Below, piece by piece: positions 33,844 to 44,056 of a stretch of DNA of 62,364 nt; position 1 is the first letter of the stretch, and every line of letters begins with the position of its first letter. Where the stretch lies: contig CAKORG010000004.1 of assembly GCA_934101495.1 (NCBI GenBank), positions 1 through 62,364 of the forward strand. Reading direction: 5' to 3'. The notes below the pieces were generated by a model. It was given only the letters and a program-made list of their open reading frames with translations. It was not told the DNA's origin and did no database searches. A program made the translations under genes and the position numbers. Source of the DNA: an uncultured Bacilli bacterium (GTDB taxonomy: Bacteria; Bacillota_I; Bacilli_A; RF39; UBA660).

Positions 33844-35508
33844 ATGAAGTTAAGAGTTAATTTAAAAAATAATGAAGATGAATATGATAATTTTGATAAA
33901 AATGATGTGCAAAGAATAATTGTAAAACGTATAAAACTTTATAGATTAATACAAATTTTAACTAATATATCCATGTGCTTATTAGTTTTATCTGGCATAA
34001 ATGATATTTTTGCTACGATTTTTGTTTATGCATTAATCATAAGAATTATTAGTTTTTTATTTATTAAATTAAATCTTATTTATGACATGGACCTTATAAA
34101 CATCAATAAATATTTTATAATTTTGGAGATTTTAAAGAAAATAAGAAAAGCAAATAAAATATGGTTTTCTGCCGATGGTACCGTAGGTAAAAGAAATATT
34201 GATAGAGTATATCTTGATATAAAAGATTCTTCTTCCTTTATTGAAAGTAATATAGGTTTATATTATATACCATTAGTTACTAAAAAACTAATTATTTTAC
34301 CTAATAAATTATTATATATAAATAATAATCAGTATAGATATATTAATTATGAAGATTTAGAAATAGAATTATATACTGTTAAAGTGCTAGAAGATAAAAT
34401 TGAGTATATAGATAGTGAATTAATATCAAGTGATGATAATAATAAGTATTTATATGGTAAAATTAGTATTAAGAGTATAGATTTAGATATTTATATATCA
34501 AATTATCATCTTTTATATAGTATAAGTGAATTAATAAGTAGATATAAATATATTGGTCATAATGAAGAGAAAGTTTTAAAAATTTTTGATAAATTAGAAA
34601 ATAGAAAAAAGACTCAAGAAAAAGAAAAACAAATAGATAATAAGAAAAATAATACTGAAATTACTAATTTTAGACCAGCTTTGGAAAAAGATTATAAAGT
34701 ACCAACTTTAGAAGTGTTAAAAAATCAAGAATCATTTAATATTAAACCATTTATAAAAGAGATAAAAAAGCAAAAAGAAACAATGGTGCCAATTGGTTTA
34801 AAAGAAAACGGAGAACTATATTTAGAAAAAATTAGTGAAATAAAAAATCTTTTAATAGCTGGTACTGTTATGGCTGGAAAAACAACATATTTAAAAACAA
34901 TTATTGATACAATTTTAATGACTAGAAAGCCAAATGAAACAAGGCTTTTACTATATTCCAATGCTTTAGATTTATATGAATATAATGGTATTCCTCATTT
35001 AATAATGCCAGTGTGTGGAAAAGTTAATTTACTAGGTATTAATTTATGTAAAGTTGCTAAAGAAATTGATAAAAGAGTGGATATATTAGGAAAATTTGGA
35101 AAAAGAAATGCTGATGCATATAACAATTTATCTGATAATAAAATGGCTGATATTATAGTTCTAATTGATGATCAAAGTAATTCTATTTTAAATGAAATGG
35201 TCAGAAATCAAATTGAATATATTTCTGTGAATGGCCCTAGAGTAGGTGTTTATATGATAATTGCAACTAATCCAATTTTAAATAATCAAACATTTACTAG
35301 ATATTATTTTCCATCTAGGTTGAGTTTTAGGGTTAATACCAGAGAAATATCCAATTTTGTTATAGGTGATATTAAGGCTAGATACTTATCTAAACCAGGA
35401 GCTGCTTATTACATATCTAACTTTAATACAATTGCTACATATCTTGAAGTTCCTTTTATAAGTGATAGTGATAGCACAAATATTATCGATTATTGGAGAA
35501 ATAATTAA
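33844..35508 (+). CDS. Divergent FtsK/SpoIIIE-family P-loop ATPase with a 2-TM N-terminus
   Basis: The second ATG (33844) is 7 nt after AAGAGG. LLIAGTVMAGKTTYLKTIIDTIL (Walker A), RLLLYSNALDLYEYNGIPHLIMPV, IIVLIDDQ (Walker-B-like) and GVYMIIATNP are collinear with the FtsK motor domain. No gamma (winged-helix) domain is present. Confidence 0.6.
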   Translation: MKLRVNLKNNEDEYDNFDKNDVQRIIVKRIKLYRLIQILTNISMCLLVLSGINDIFATIFVYALIIRIISFLFIKLNLIYDMDLININKYFIILEILKKIRKANKIWFSADGTVGKRNIDRVYLDIKDSSSFIESNIGLYYIPLVTKKLIILPNKLLYINNNQYRYINYEDLEIELYTVKVLEDKIEYIDSELISSDDNNKYLYGKISIKSIDLDIYISNYHLLYSISELISRYKYIGHNEEKVLKIFDKLENRKKTQEKEKQIDNKKNNTEITNFRPALEKDYKVPTLEVLKNQESFNIKPFIKEIKKQKETMVPIGLKENGELYLEKISEIKNLLIAGTVMAGKTTYLKTIIDTILMTRKPNETRLLLYSNALDLYEYNGIPHLIMPVCGKVNLLGINLCKVAKEIDKRVDILGKFGKRNADAYNNLSDNKMADIIVLIDDQSNSILNEMVRNQIEYISVNGPRVGVYMIIATNPILNNQTFTRYYFPSRLSFRVNTREISNFVIGDIKARYLSKPGAAYYISNFNTIATYLEVPFISDSDSTNIIDYWRNN

Positions 35509-35598
35509 AATTTTTGTGTAAAAAGAGAAGAACAAAAATTGTTTTTCTTTTATTTTCTTTAAAATTAGTTTATAATAATAGTACGAAGGGAAGATAGT

Positions 35599-36645
35599 AT
35601 GAATTTAGTGGTAAATAATCATAATGTGTTTTTAATCGTTTTTGTTACATTTTTAGTTAGTGTACTTTTAGTACCAATAGTTAAAAAAGTTGCAGAACAT
35701 GTTGGTGCGATGGATGTACCAAATGCTAGAAAGGTACATAAAAAACCTATGCCTAGGTTAGGGGGACTTGCAATTTATATTGCTTTCTTATTTGGTTATA
35801 TTTTATATGGACAAATAAGTACTCAGATGATTTCTATTTTAATTGGTAGTTTTTTGCTTATAATAGTTGGTATATTTGACGATATAAATTCTGTTCCAGC
35901 TAAATACAAGTTTTTAGTGCAAACTATAGCTGCATCAATAGTGGTAGTATATGGTAAACTTGGTTTTTCTGAATTAACTATCTTAGGTTTATCTTTTCAT
36001 TTTCCAATGATTATAAATGATATACTTGCAATATTTTTTATAGTTGCAATTACAAATGCTATTAATTTAATTGATGGTTTAGATGGGCTTTCTAGTGGAA
36101 TAAGTGCCATTTATTTCTTAACAATTGCTGTCATAGCTTTAATTACTAATAAGCTTGGTGGAATTGACATAATACTTTCACTTATAATGCTTGGAGCAAC
36201 TCTTGGATTTTTATTTCATAACTTTCCACCAGCTAAAATATTTATGGGTGATACTGGTAGTCTATTCTTAGGTTTTATGATTTCAGTTATAGCATTACTT
36301 GGTTACAAAGTTACGACATTTACATCACTTGTTGTGCCTATTGTGGTTTTAGCTATTCCAATATTTGATACATTATTTGCAATATTAAGAAGAATTTTAA
36401 AAGGTCAAAGTGTTGCAGTTGCTGACAAAGAACATTTTCATCATCAACTTCTTAAAATGAAATATAGTCCAGTTGCAAGTATTTTAATTATTTATGCAAT
36501 TGATATAGCTTTTGCAGTTGTATCAATACTTTATGTGCTTGGTGATAATCAATTTGCAATTGCAATCTATGTTGTTTTAATGATATTACTTTTGTTTATA
36601 GTACTTAGAACTGATATATTATTTGAACATAAGAAGAAAAAGTAA
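35599..36645 (+). CDS. tagO: Undecaprenyl-phosphate GlcNAc-1-phosphate transferase (TagO/WecA family, GT4 polyprenyl-P transferase)
   Basis: KVHKKPMPRLGGLAIY, DDINSVPAKYKF, NAINLIDGLDGL and FMGDTGSLFLGF are present. About 10-11 TM helices are predicted. Confidence 0.88.
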   Translation: MNLVVNNHNVFLIVFVTFLVSVLLVPIVKKVAEHVGAMDVPNARKVHKKPMPRLGGLAIYIAFLFGYILYGQISTQMISILIGSFLLIIVGIFDDINSVPAKYKFLVQTIAASIVVVYGKLGFSELTILGLSFHFPMIINDILAIFFIVAITNAINLIDGLDGLSSGISAIYFLTIAVIALITNKLGGIDIILSLIMLGATLGFLFHNFPPAKIFMGDTGSLFLGFMISVIALLGYKVTTFTSLVVPIVVLAIPIFDTLFAILRRILKGQSVAVADKEHFHHQLLKMKYSPVASILIIYAIDIAFAVVSILYVLGDNQFAIAIYVVLMILLLFIVLRTDILFEHKKKK

Positions 36646-36656
36646 TTTTTAATTAT

Positions 36657-36677
36657 ACTGCATTATGCAGTTTTTTT
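36657..36677 (+). terminator. Short terminator hairpin after tagO
   Basis: ACTGCA-TTA-TGCAGT is followed by T7. Confidence 0.45.
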
Positions 36678-36805
36678 ATTATTTTTTAAAATTTTTTGTT
36701 GATTACGTATGTGTTTTAAATTTTAGAAAAGCTTTGTTGCATAATTGTTTAATTTCATGTTATAATTGTTTTACAAAAGATTTTAAGTTTTTTGTGGAGG
36801 TAAAA

Positions 36806-37519
36806 ATGATTTATGGAGAAATTTTAGCCGGAGGTTCCGGTACAAGAATGGGCAATACTGAAATGCCTAAACAATTTTTAATGTTAGGGGATAGACCAAT
36901 TATTATTCATACAATTGAACAATTTTTGATTAATCAATCTTTTTCTAAAATAATTGTTTGCTGTCCTAAAGAATGGGTTAGTTATACTGAAGATTTATTG
37001 GAAAAATATAATATTGATACTAATAGAGTCGAAATTACTGTTGGTGGTGCTACAAGAAATGAAACAATTATAAATGGCTGTAAGTTAATTGAAGATAAAT
37101 ATGGGTTAACTGATAAAGATATAGTTGTTACTCATGATGCAGTTAGACCATTTGTTAATCAAAGAATACTTGATGACAATATTAAACTTGCCAAAAAGTT
37201 TGCTGCTGTTGATACAGCTATATCTGCAACAGACACGATTGTATATTCTAAAGATGGCAAATTAGTAAATGATATACCAAATAGAAAGGAATGTTATCAA
37301 GGTCAAACACCACAAACATTTAATATTAAAAAGTTAATGACATTGTTTAATTCCTTAACACCAAAAGAAAAAGAAATATTGACCGATGGATGTAAAATAT
37401 TTTCATTAAATGGCGAATCTGTTGGACTTGTTGATGGAGAAGTATATAATATAAAATTAACAACTTTATATGATCTAAAAATAGCTAGAGCGATATTAAT
37501 GGAGAAGGATGAGAAATGA
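36806..37519 (+). CDS. tarI: Ribitol-5-phosphate cytidylyltransferase
   Basis: An ATG at 36806 follows GTGGAGG. MIYGEILAGGSGTRMGNTEMPKQFLMLGDRPIIIHTIEQF closely parallels staphylococcal/pneumococcal TarI. The track start at 36665 lies in terminator/intergenic sequence. Confidence 0.85.
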   Translation: MIYGEILAGGSGTRMGNTEMPKQFLMLGDRPIIIHTIEQFLINQSFSKIIVCCPKEWVSYTEDLLEKYNIDTNRVEITVGGATRNETIINGCKLIEDKYGLTDKDIVVTHDAVRPFVNQRILDDNIKLAKKFAAVDTAISATDTIVYSKDGKLVNDIPNRKECYQGQTPQTFNIKKLMTLFNSLTPKEKEILTDGCKIFSLNGESVGLVDGEVYNIKLTTLYDLKIARAILMEKDEK

Positions 37520-38535
37520 TAGTACAATCTTATAGGTTATTTTCTCCTAGGCAAATAAGAACGGATTTTGTGGATTTATCACTTCCAACAGATAATGTAC
37601 TTGTAAGGCCAGCGTATCTATCTATTTGCGCAGCTGATCAACGATATTATCAAGGAAAAAGATCACCAGAAGTTCTTGCTAAAAAGTTACCAATGGCGTT
37701 AATTCATGAATGTGTTGGTAAAGTAGTATATGACCCTAAAGGTGAATTTAAACCAGGAGATTCTGTTGTTTTAATACCTAATACTCCAAGAGAAACAGAC
37801 TCGTTTATTAAAGAAAATTATTTAAGAAGTAGTTTGTTTAAGTCGAGCGGTTGTGACGGATTTATGCAAAGTGTTATAGATATTGAAAGAACTAGAATAA
37901 TAAAATATACTAAAATAGAAGACAGAGTTGCTGTTTTATTAGAATTATTAAGTGTTGCAATGAATGCTCTTGAGCATTTTGAAGGATATAGTCATTTAAA
38001 AAAACAAACTATAGGTGTTTGGGGAGATGGTAGTGTTGGATTTGTTACAGCACTTGTTTTGAAAAAAACATTTCCTAATGCTAAAATAATAGTATTTGGA
38101 AATAGATATGAAAAATTACATTACTTTCAATTTGCAGATGAAGTATACCAAATTTCAGAAATTCCAGAAAGTATAAATGTAGATCATGCTTTTGAATGTG
38201 TTGGAGGCTCTAAAGCTGAAGATGCAATAAATCAAATAATTGATTTAATTAATCCACAAGGAAGTATCGCCCTAATGGGAGTAAGTGAAAATAACGTTCC
38301 AATTAATACACGAATGGTTCTTGAAAAAGGTTTATCTTTGCTAGGTAATAGCAGAAGTGGCTATGAAGACTTTGATGCTGCAATTAAGTTTATCGAAGAA
38401 AATGATGATGTTGCTCAATATTTAAGTACTATCATATCTGATGAAATTGAAATAAAAAAAGTTAATGATGTACATGTGGCATTTCAAAATGATTTAAGTA
38501 ATAATTTTAAAACTATAATGAAATGGAAAATTTAA
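37516..38535 (+). CDS. tarJ: Ribulose-5-phosphate reductase (zinc-ADH fold)
   Basis: VRPAYLSICAADQRYYQGKRSPEVLAKKLPMALIHECVGKVVYDPKGEFKPGDSVVLIPNTP parallels TarJ. The start forms an ATGA overlap with tarI. Confidence 0.85.
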   Translation: MIVQSYRLFSPRQIRTDFVDLSLPTDNVLVRPAYLSICAADQRYYQGKRSPEVLAKKLPMALIHECVGKVVYDPKGEFKPGDSVVLIPNTPRETDSFIKENYLRSSLFKSSGCDGFMQSVIDIERTRIIKYTKIEDRVAVLLELLSVAMNALEHFEGYSHLKKQTIGVWGDGSVGFVTALVLKKTFPNAKIIVFGNRYEKLHYFQFADEVYQISEIPESINVDHAFECVGGSKAEDAINQIIDLINPQGSIALMGVSENNVPINTRMVLEKGLSLLGNSRSGYEDFDAAIKFIEENDDVAQYLSTIISDEIEIKKVNDVHVAFQNDLSNNFKTIMKWKI

Positions 38536-38568
38536 TGAATAATATTTCTATTATTTGAGTTATTTACG

Positions 38569-38600
38569 TAAAAACAGGTGAAAAAACTGTTTTTACTTTT
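38569..38600 (+). terminator. Intrinsic terminator after tarIJ
   Basis: TAAAAACAG (38569-38577) pairs with CTGTTTTTA (38587-38595). CTTTT follows. Confidence 0.5.
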
Positions 38601-38740
38601 AATATTGTTAAAAATAGTTTATAATAATATTGCGGAGAAAATTAGATTTCGTATCATTTGTAATGTTTTGAATTTTACAGTATTTTAATTTCAAAATATA
38701 AAATAAAAACAAAAACTAATTAATCTAGGAGTGATAAGTA

Positions 38741-39898
38741 ATGAAAGATAAAATTAGAACTTTTATAAAAAAAATAATGTCTATTTTTAAAATTAAAAAT
38801 GTTATTGTTTTTGAAAGTAATGCTGATTATTCTGATAACTCACGAGCTTTTTATGAATACTTGATTGAAAATAAATATAACAATAAATATAAAATTTATT
38901 GGTTTGTTAATAATCAAAATGATTTTAAAGATAGAGAATGTAAAAATGTTAAATTTCTTACAATGTGGAAAAATGGCAAGCAAAAAACGCTTTTACAATG
39001 GATTAAATATTTTTATATTGTGAAAAATGCAAAATATTTAATCGCTAGTAATCGTCAATTACATAAATTGAATAATAAGACAGTTTCTATAAATATAAAT
39101 CATGGAACACCTCTAAAGAAAATTAAAGATTTAAATATTGTTGCTAAAGATATAGATTTTTATTTAGTTGGTTCTGATTTTTGTATAAATTTAATGAGTG
39201 ATCAATTGAATTTGCCAAAAGAAAAATGTATTTGTGTAGGTAATCCTAGAAATGATATAATTTTCAAAGATTCAAAAACTATAGAAAAAGTAAAAGAGTT
39301 TAGTGGTTATGATAGAATTATCATATGGTTACCAACATTTAGAAAAGCTATGGGTTCTGAAAGAAATGACTCGACTTTGAGTTTTCCTCTTGGTCTTCCA
39401 ATTATATATAGTGAAGAAGAACTACTAAAGTTAAATGAATATTTGAAAAAAAATAATACATTAATATTATTTAAACTTCATCCTCATCAAGATACTACTT
39501 TATTTAAAGCATCTAGTTTATCAAATATAAAAATTTTAACAGATTCTTATTTAATTGAAAAAGATATTGAACTTACTGAATTATTTAAGATTTCTGATGC
39601 CTTAATTACTGATTATTCTGGGGTATATTATGATTATTTATTGCTTGATAATATAATAGGATTTACAGTTGATGATTTTGAAGATTATAAGAATAAAAAG
39701 GGTTTTGTATTTGATAATATTCAAGATTATATGGCTGGTGAAAAAATTAAAAACATTGAAGATTTATATGTGTTTATAGATAATGTAATAAAAAATAATG
39801 ATTTGTATAAAAAAGAAAGAAATGAAATGAAAAATAAATTTAATAAATATTTAGATGCAAAATCTTCAGAAAGGTTGGCAAAATATTTAAAATTATAA
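38741..39898 (+). CDS. CDP-alditol phosphotransferase of the TagB/TagF/TarL family
   Basis: The RBS is TAGGAGTG. GNPRND, IIWLPTFR, FKLHPH and ALITDYSGVYYDYLLLD match the family pattern. The substrate (glycerol-P or ribitol-P) cannot be assigned. Confidence 0.7.
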   Translation: MKDKIRTFIKKIMSIFKIKNVIVFESNADYSDNSRAFYEYLIENKYNNKYKIYWFVNNQNDFKDRECKNVKFLTMWKNGKQKTLLQWIKYFYIVKNAKYLIASNRQLHKLNNKTVSININHGTPLKKIKDLNIVAKDIDFYLVGSDFCINLMSDQLNLPKEKCICVGNPRNDIIFKDSKTIEKVKEFSGYDRIIIWLPTFRKAMGSERNDSTLSFPLGLPIIYSEEELLKLNEYLKKNNTLILFKLHPHQDTTLFKASSLSNIKILTDSYLIEKDIELTELFKISDALITDYSGVYYDYLLLDNIIGFTVDDFEDYKNKKGFVFDNIQDYMAGEKIKNIEDLYVFIDNVIKNNDLYKKERNEMKNKFNKYLDAKSSERLAKYLKL

Positions 39899-39911
39899 TT
39901 AAGAAGGTGAA

Positions 39912-41420
39912 ATGTTGAGAACTAAAAACACTTTGAAAACGTTTTTATATGGTATATTTTTTACATCAATTATTGCAATTTTAGGTTTAGTAAAAACTAA
40001 AATTCTTTTGTCATGTTTGGGTGATGAGTATGTTGGTGTTTATCAACTTTTTTACCAAATATATCTTTATTTATCAATAGTTGATGGTGGTATTGGTGCA
40101 AGTGTTACTTATCAATTATATAAACCAATAAGTAGTAATAATACTAAAAAAATTAATAGAATAATTGAAGGCTCTAGAAGATATTTTAATAAAATTGGTA
40201 TTTTTGTAATTTTGCTTGGGCTTCTTATATCGTTTGAAATAATGTTTTTTATAAAAGAAACTACTATTAGTGTATTATATATAAAGGTATGTTTTATATT
40301 ATATATAATTTCTAGTGCTATTTCATATTTTACAATTTCACATGCTTTACTATATGAAGCAGAACAAAAATTATATAAATCAAGTAATTTAAATCATATG
40401 CTTTCTATTGCAGAAAGTATTGTAGCCATTATAATTGCTAAATTGGGTGGTAAATTGTTAATAATTTTAACTTCTTTTGTAATTTTAAGTTTTATTAAAT
40501 GTACTATATTAGTATTACACTCTCGAAAAGATCATAAGTATCTAAAAAGAGTTGATAATCCTGATTTTTCATTTAAAAAAGATGCTAATAGTTTAATTGT
40601 TAATAAAATAAATACTCTTATTTTTGAAAATTCAAATATTTTGATTGTATCAAAGTTTTTGGGCTTAAAAATAGTTATTGTATATAATGCTTATAATCAA
40701 ATTGTAACTATGATTAAACAAATGATTCAAAGGTTAAGTGCTGCTTTATTACCAAGTGTAGGTAATTTATTGGTATCGGAAAAGGAAAAGGCTAGAAATA
40801 TTTTTGTTGAACTTAATTCATTATTATTTTATTTAGCTAATCTTTTAGTAATACCTATTTTCTTTATGCTAACACCTTTTATTGGACTTTGGTATGGAAG
40901 TGAATATGAAAGTACACAATTAGTATGCTTATTATTTTCTATGTTATTATATGTTGAAATCATTAGAATATCATTAGAAACATATGTAAAAGCTGCTGGA
41001 GAATTTAAAAAAATAAAAAATTGCGGTATGTATCAAAGTATTGTTTGTTTATCTCTTTCTTTAATACTTGTAAATAAATTTGGTATAGCAGGAATTTTAT
41101 TTGCAACATTATTTGCTTTTATAACTGGGACATTTATGCAGTATCCAAAAATAATTTGTAAGCAAATAATTAACGATAAGACTAAAAACTATTATTTAAA
41201 AGTTGTTAAATATTTATTGGGGTTATTTATTAGTTTTGGAATAATTTATTTTGTTGATAGTCGTATTTATATTGCATCTTTAATAACTTGGGGATTAAAA
41301 GGTGTATTATTATTTACTATTAATTTTGTAGTTACTAGTTTATATTACTATTTAATTAAAGAAACATATTTTTTTGAAAGAATTAAATTTTTATTAAAAA
41401 AGAAAACTAAATCAAATTAA
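39912..41420 (+). CDS. Wzx-like polysaccharide/teichoic-acid flippase (MOP superfamily)
   Basis: It is 502 aa with about 12-14 predicted TM helices and an RBS of AGAAGGTGA. The call rests on its position in a glycopolymer locus and on topology. Confidence 0.5.
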   Translation: MLRTKNTLKTFLYGIFFTSIIAILGLVKTKILLSCLGDEYVGVYQLFYQIYLYLSIVDGGIGASVTYQLYKPISSNNTKKINRIIEGSRRYFNKIGIFVILLGLLISFEIMFFIKETTISVLYIKVCFILYIISSAISYFTISHALLYEAEQKLYKSSNLNHMLSIAESIVAIIIAKLGGKLLIILTSFVILSFIKCTILVLHSRKDHKYLKRVDNPDFSFKKDANSLIVNKINTLIFENSNILIVSKFLGLKIVIVYNAYNQIVTMIKQMIQRLSAALLPSVGNLLVSEKEKARNIFVELNSLLFYLANLLVIPIFFMLTPFIGLWYGSEYESTQLVCLLFSMLLYVEIIRISLETYVKAAGEFKKIKNCGMYQSIVCLSLSLILVNKFGIAGILFATLFAFITGTFMQYPKIICKQIINDKTKNYYLKVVKYLLGLFISFGIIYFVDSRIYIASLITWGLKGVLLFTINFVVTSLYYYLIKETYFFERIKFLLKKKTKSN

Positions 41421-41504
41421 AAATCATTTGTATTTAGGTTGCTAAAAATTTTTAAATATAGTATAATGGGAATGCTATTGTTAGCTAAGTTGAGGAGTGT
41501 TATA

Positions 41505-42941
41505 ATGAAGAAAAGTGAAAGGTTTATATATTTTTATTTTCTACTTTTGCCAATTATTGATTTATTTACGTCTTTAATGACTAGATTTACAAATATTAGT
41601 ATAACTCCTGGAATAATTTTTAAAGGAATAACTTTAATTGGTTGTATAGTGTATTTATTCTTTTTCAGTAAAAGTAAATATAAAAGAAAATCGATTGTTT
41701 ATCTATTTATTTTGCTTTTTTTTGGCATAATATATTTTTTTAGTAAGAATTATGAATATAGTTTAAATATTATTTTTACTGAATTGAAGTACGCTTTTAA
41801 ATATTTTTATTTTCCAGTTGTTTTGTGTGGAATGCTAAATATATTTGATGATTTTGAAATTTCTAAGAAGTTAATTGTTAAAATATTAGTTTCTAATACT
41901 ATTATTTATACAGTTTTAATGATTGTTCCATACATTACTTCAACTGGATTTAATTCCTATGACATGTACTGGATATATAAAGGTGAAACTGGATGGTTTT
42001 ACTCTGCAAATGAAACTGGGGCTATTTTAACTTTATTGTCAATTTCAATTTATTTTATATTAAATTATAGAAATAAAATATATTTACCAATTATTTTTCT
42101 TTTAATGATATCATTATCAATTATTGGCACAAAGGTCAGCTTTATTGGTTTAATAATAATGACAATTCTTTGTTTGGTGGCAACATTACTTAATCAAAAG
42201 AAAAATATCATTAAACCTTGTATTCTTGTTATTGTTTTTTTAGTAGCATCTCTGTTTTTCTCTCCAACATTTGATAATTTTATGTCATTAAAGGATAATT
42301 CTAATGATAATAATCAAATAACGGATAACAAAAATAATACGAAAAATGATAATAAGAATAATTCTGATAATAATACAAATAAAGCAGATTCAAATAATAA
42401 TAATAATAAAGATTCAAATAATAATAAAGATTCAAATAGCAATATTAGTGATAATATTAAAGAAGATACAAAGAAAAAACTTAAAAAACTTGAAGATTTT
42501 ATTCCTATAAGTTTTATAACTGATAATTTAAAATTTATTTTAAGTAATCGAGATGTATTTTTGCTTGACAATTTAAATGTTTATATTAGTTCTAATATGG
42601 AAGATAAAATATTTGGTTTAGGCTGGGAAGAGAGACCTGATATAGATTATACTTTTTCAAAAAAGATAATCGAAATAGATGTTGCGGATATTTTTATTCA
42701 TTATGGTATTGTAGGTTTTTTAATTTATTTTTTACCATTATTATATTGTTTTATTTTAGGCATTAAAAATATTAAATTTTTTAACAATGAGTCATGGTTA
42801 GCATTATTAACATTTATGTTACAGATTGGTATTTCTTTGTTGGCTGGTCATATTTTATCAGCTCCTACAGTTTCTATATATTTAATTTTGATGGTAGGTT
42901 TAACCATGGTTACAGTACGAGATAATAAGGAGTTAGAATGA
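41505..42941 (+). CDS. Wzy/O-antigen-ligase-like polytopic membrane protein with an N/D/K-rich low-complexity insert
   Basis: An ATG at 41505 follows GAGGAG. At least 10 TM helices are predicted. An extracytoplasmic loop of about 60 aa is made of N, D, K and S residues. The call rests on topology and context only. Confidence 0.45.
   Translation: MKKSERFIYFYFLLLPIIDLFTSLMTRFTNISITPGIIFKGITLIGCIVYLFFFSKSKYKRKSIVYLFILLFFGIIYFFSKNYEYSLNIIFTELKYAFKYFYFPVVLCGMLNIFDDFEISKKLIVKILVSNTIIYTVLMIVPYITSTGFNSYDMYWIYKGETGWFYSANETGAILTLLSISIYFILNYRNKIYLPIIFLLMISLSIIGTKVSFIGLIIMTILCLVATLLNQKKNIIKPCILVIVFLVASLFFSPTFDNFMSLKDNSNDNNQITDNKNNTKNDNKNNSDNNTNKADSNNNNNKDSNNNKDSNSNISDNIKEDTKKKLKKLEDFIPISFITDNLKFILSNRDVFLLDNLNVYISSNMEDKIFGLGWEERPDIDYTFSKKIIEIDVADIFIHYGIVGFLIYFLPLLYCFILGIKNIKFFNNESWLALLTFMLQIGISLLAGHILSAPTVSIYLILMVGLTMVTVRDNKELE
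42402..42437 (+). repeat. Perfect tandem duplication of an 18-mer inside the Wzy-like gene
   Basis: AATAATAAAGATTCAAAT occurs twice (42402-42419, 42420-42437), encoding NNKDSN NNKDSN. It is embedded in an AAT/GAT-rich tract (~42290-42470). Confidence 0.9.
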
Positions 42942-44056
42942 AAAAAATTACTATTTTAGCTTTACATTTAAATTATGGGGGAGTTGAAAAATATATTTCA
43001 TCATTATGCAAAATGCTTGAAGATACATATGATATTGAATTAATTGTTACTTATAAGTGTCTTCCAGCTTTTGATTTTAGTAATAAAATAAAGATAAGAT
43101 ATTTAATTGATGAAATGCCTAATAAAGAACAATTTAAAAATTATTTAAAAGATAAAAAAATATTTAAAACATTAAAAGAAGGTATTAAATCAGTAAAGAT
43201 TTTATTCTTAAAAAAATATTTAAATATAAAAAATATAAAAAAAATTAATAGTGATTTCATTATTACAACTAGAACTTTTCATAACGAATTGGTAGGTAAA
43301 TATGCCAAAAAAGGAATTATTAAGATAGCAACGGAACATAATTATCATAATAATGATATGTTATATGTTAAATCATTAAAAAATTCGTTGAAAAATTATG
43401 ATTATTTAATTACAGTATCAAAGGAATTAAGTGATTATTATAAAAATGAAATTTCTAATGTAAAGGTTGTTTATATACCTAATACTTTAGATAGCTTACC
43501 TGATAAAAAGAGTTCTTTAAAAGATAATAATATTATATCCGTTGGTAGGTTTTCAAAGGAAAAGGGTTTTGATGACTTAATTGATGTTTTTAAAAGTGTT
43601 AATGATGCTGTTCCTAATTCTAATCTTTATCTAATAGGTGATGGAGATCAAGCAGAAATTATTAGACAAAAAGTAAAAGATTATAAATTAAGTGATAAAG
43701 TGATAATGCCAGGTTTTTTATCACAGAATGAAATTGAAAAGTATTATTTAAAGTCGAAATTATATGTTATGACTTCACATACAGAAAGCTTTGGTTTGGT
43801 ACTTATAGAAGCTATGGCATATAAGATTCCATGCATTGCATTTGACTCTGCATCTGGTGCAAGAGAAATAATTAATGCAAGTAACGGCGTATTAATTGAA
43901 AATAGAGATAAAAATAAAATGGCAATACAAATTGTTAAATTATTAAATGATTCTAATACGTTAGCTACTTTATCTAATGGAACATTGAAAACAAGTAAGA
44001 AATATTTGCTTAAAAGTGTGAGAAAACTTTGGATAGAATTATTGGAGGAAAAATGA
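42938..44056 (+). CDS. GT4-family (GT-B) glycosyltransferase
   Basis: VGRFSKEKGFDDLI and SHTESFGLVLIEAMAYKIPCIAFDSASGAREII give the E-x7-E region. The start forms an ATGA overlap with the preceding gene. Confidence 0.75.
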   Translation: MKKITILALHLNYGGVEKYISSLCKMLEDTYDIELIVTYKCLPAFDFSNKIKIRYLIDEMPNKEQFKNYLKDKKIFKTLKEGIKSVKILFLKKYLNIKNIKKINSDFIITTRTFHNELVGKYAKKGIIKIATEHNYHNNDMLYVKSLKNSLKNYDYLITVSKELSDYYKNEISNVKVVYIPNTLDSLPDKKSSLKDNNIISVGRFSKEKGFDDLIDVFKSVNDAVPNSNLYLIGDGDQAEIIRQKVKDYKLSDKVIMPGFLSQNEIEKYYLKSKLYVMTSHTESFGLVLIEAMAYKIPCIAFDSASGAREIINASNGVLIENRDKNKMAIQIVKLLNDSNTLATLSNGTLKTSKKYLLKSVRKLWIELLEEK

